From sequence record SRR20825019_2184: DNA of 37,703 bases; one strand, written 5' to 3'. The notes below the pieces were generated by a model. The model worked only from the letters and a program-made list of their open reading frames with translations. It was not told where the DNA came from and did no database searches. Numbering within the stretch: the first letter of the stretch is position 1; each line of letters begins with the position of its first letter. Made by a program: the position numbers and the translations under genes. Of the stretch, positions 36,698-37,703 are shown one piece after another.

Positions 36698-37657
36698 TCA
36701 TTTGTTCACTTGGTTTTTGAGGGGTTCGCCTTTGAGGGCACGGGCGGCTTCGAGGGCGGTCAGACGTTGCAGCCGAGGAATACTGGCTTCGCTATACCAC
36801 GCGACATGCGAGGTCAGCAACGCATGCTTGGCCTTCCGTAGAGGATGGTCATCCGCCAGCGGCTCTGTTTCAAAAACATCGATACCGGCTCCAGCAATCT
36901 CATCGTTATTGAGTGCCTCCGCCAGCGCGACCGTATCGATCAAGGGACCGCGAGCCGTGTTCACGACAATCGCGGTTTTCTTCATCTCCTTAAGTCGCAC
37001 CGCATTGACGAGATGTCTGGTTTCATCGGTCAGCGGTAAATGCAGGGAAACGATATCTGCCTGCGTGAACAACTCATCGAGCTCCACTTTTTCCACGCCT
37101 TCCTTCGCCATCACTTCGGCCGAGACATAGGGATCGTAAGCCACCCGCTTGCCGCCAAACCCACTCATCATCGTGTGCGCCGCGCGCGCGATGCGGCCAA
37201 ATCCCGCCGTCGCAAACGTCATTTCACTCAGCGAGGGCATCGGACGATCCGGCACGATTTTCCAGGTGCCCGCCCGCAGGCGGGTGTCGATCATCGGCAG
37301 TTGGCGCGCAAGGGCCAATCCGAGCGAAACCGCGTGCTCCGCGACCTCGTGCACGCCGTAGTCGGGCACATTGCAGACAGGAATCCCGCGCGCCTTCGCC
37401 GCCGCGAGATCGACATTATCCACCCCGATTCCGTAGCGCACGATCACCTTACACTGGGTAAGTCCGGCAATCACCGAATCATCCACCGGAGCCCACTGCG
37501 CCATAATCGCATCGGCATCGCGCGCGACCTCCAGCACCTCGGCGGCGGTCTTACATTGGGCGACAATCAGTTCACCCCCCGCAGCGGTAATGACCTCTTC
37601 TTCATGCTGAAGATTCGGGAAACCATGATCGGTAATGACGACTCGGAATTTACTCAT
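36698..37657 (-). CDS. D-2-hydroxyacid dehydrogenase (CtBP-like / SerA-like)
   Basis: VRYGIGVDNVD, NVPDYG..EVAEHA, GFGRIA, YDPY, SLHLPLT, VNTARGP, DVFETEP, LTSHVAWYSE. Confidence 0.93.
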   Translation of the reverse strand: MSKFRVVITDHGFPNLQHEEEVITAAGGELIVAQCKTAAEVLEVARDADAIMAQWAPVDDSVIAGLTQCKVIVRYGIGVDNVDLAAAKARGIPVCNVPDYGVHEVAEHAVSLGLALARQLPMIDTRLRAGTWKIVPDRPMPSLSEMTFATAGFGRIARAAHTMMSGFGGKRVAYDPYVSAEVMAKEGVEKVELDELFTQADIVSLHLPLTDETRHLVNAVRLKEMKKTAIVVNTARGPLIDTVALAEALNNDEIAGAGIDVFETEPLADDHPLRKAKHALLTSHVAWYSEASIPRLQRLTALEAARALKGEPLKNQVNK

Positions 37658-37681
37658 AAAATTATGCGGTTTGGATCGATT

Positions 37682-37703
37682 GTAGGGCGGGGTCTCCGAA
37701 CCC
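37682..37703 (+). repeat. start of a GTAG-type REP-like element (truncated by the window end)
   Basis: GTAGGGCGGGGTCTCCGAACCC shares its first 8 nt (GTAGGGCG) with the minus-strand element at 11484-11513. Confidence 0.45.

Overview
GC-rich bacterial chromosomal window. Gene style (TonB receptor with an 'EVIELSAFQV' N-terminus, few Shine-Dalgarno sites, GTAG-type palindromes) suggests Verrucomicrobiota/Opitutaceae (inference). The left ~11.4 kb is housekeeping-like: 5' part of purE, an ECF sigma/anti-sigma/beta-helix-RDD membrane operon, putA, a DUF456-like protein, a Cys-cluster/TPR-like membrane protein, GTP-dependent PEP carboxykinase and a tandem-ACT protein. From ~11.6 kb to the end is an accessory carbohydrate-catabolic locus. 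It holds a TonB-dependent receptor, two paralogous membrane-anchored solute-binding proteins around a TPR protein (no ABC permease or ATPase in the window), a FadR/GntR regulator with a candidate ATGT-N3-ACA operator at three promoters and two signal-less sulfatases. Its centre is four tandem, signal-less heparinase II/III-fold paralogs, surrounded by non-phosphorylative sugar-acid enzymes (SDR, lactonase-type amidohydrolase, IlvD/Edd and enolase-family dehydratases, two D-2-hydroxyacid dehydrogenases). Several REP-like palindromes, a 115-bp inverted-repeat element and a low-GC orphan gene bracketed by related repeat arms are also present. No rRNA, tRNA, CRISPR array, transposase or integrase was seen. 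All calls come from motif recognition by eye; no searches were run.
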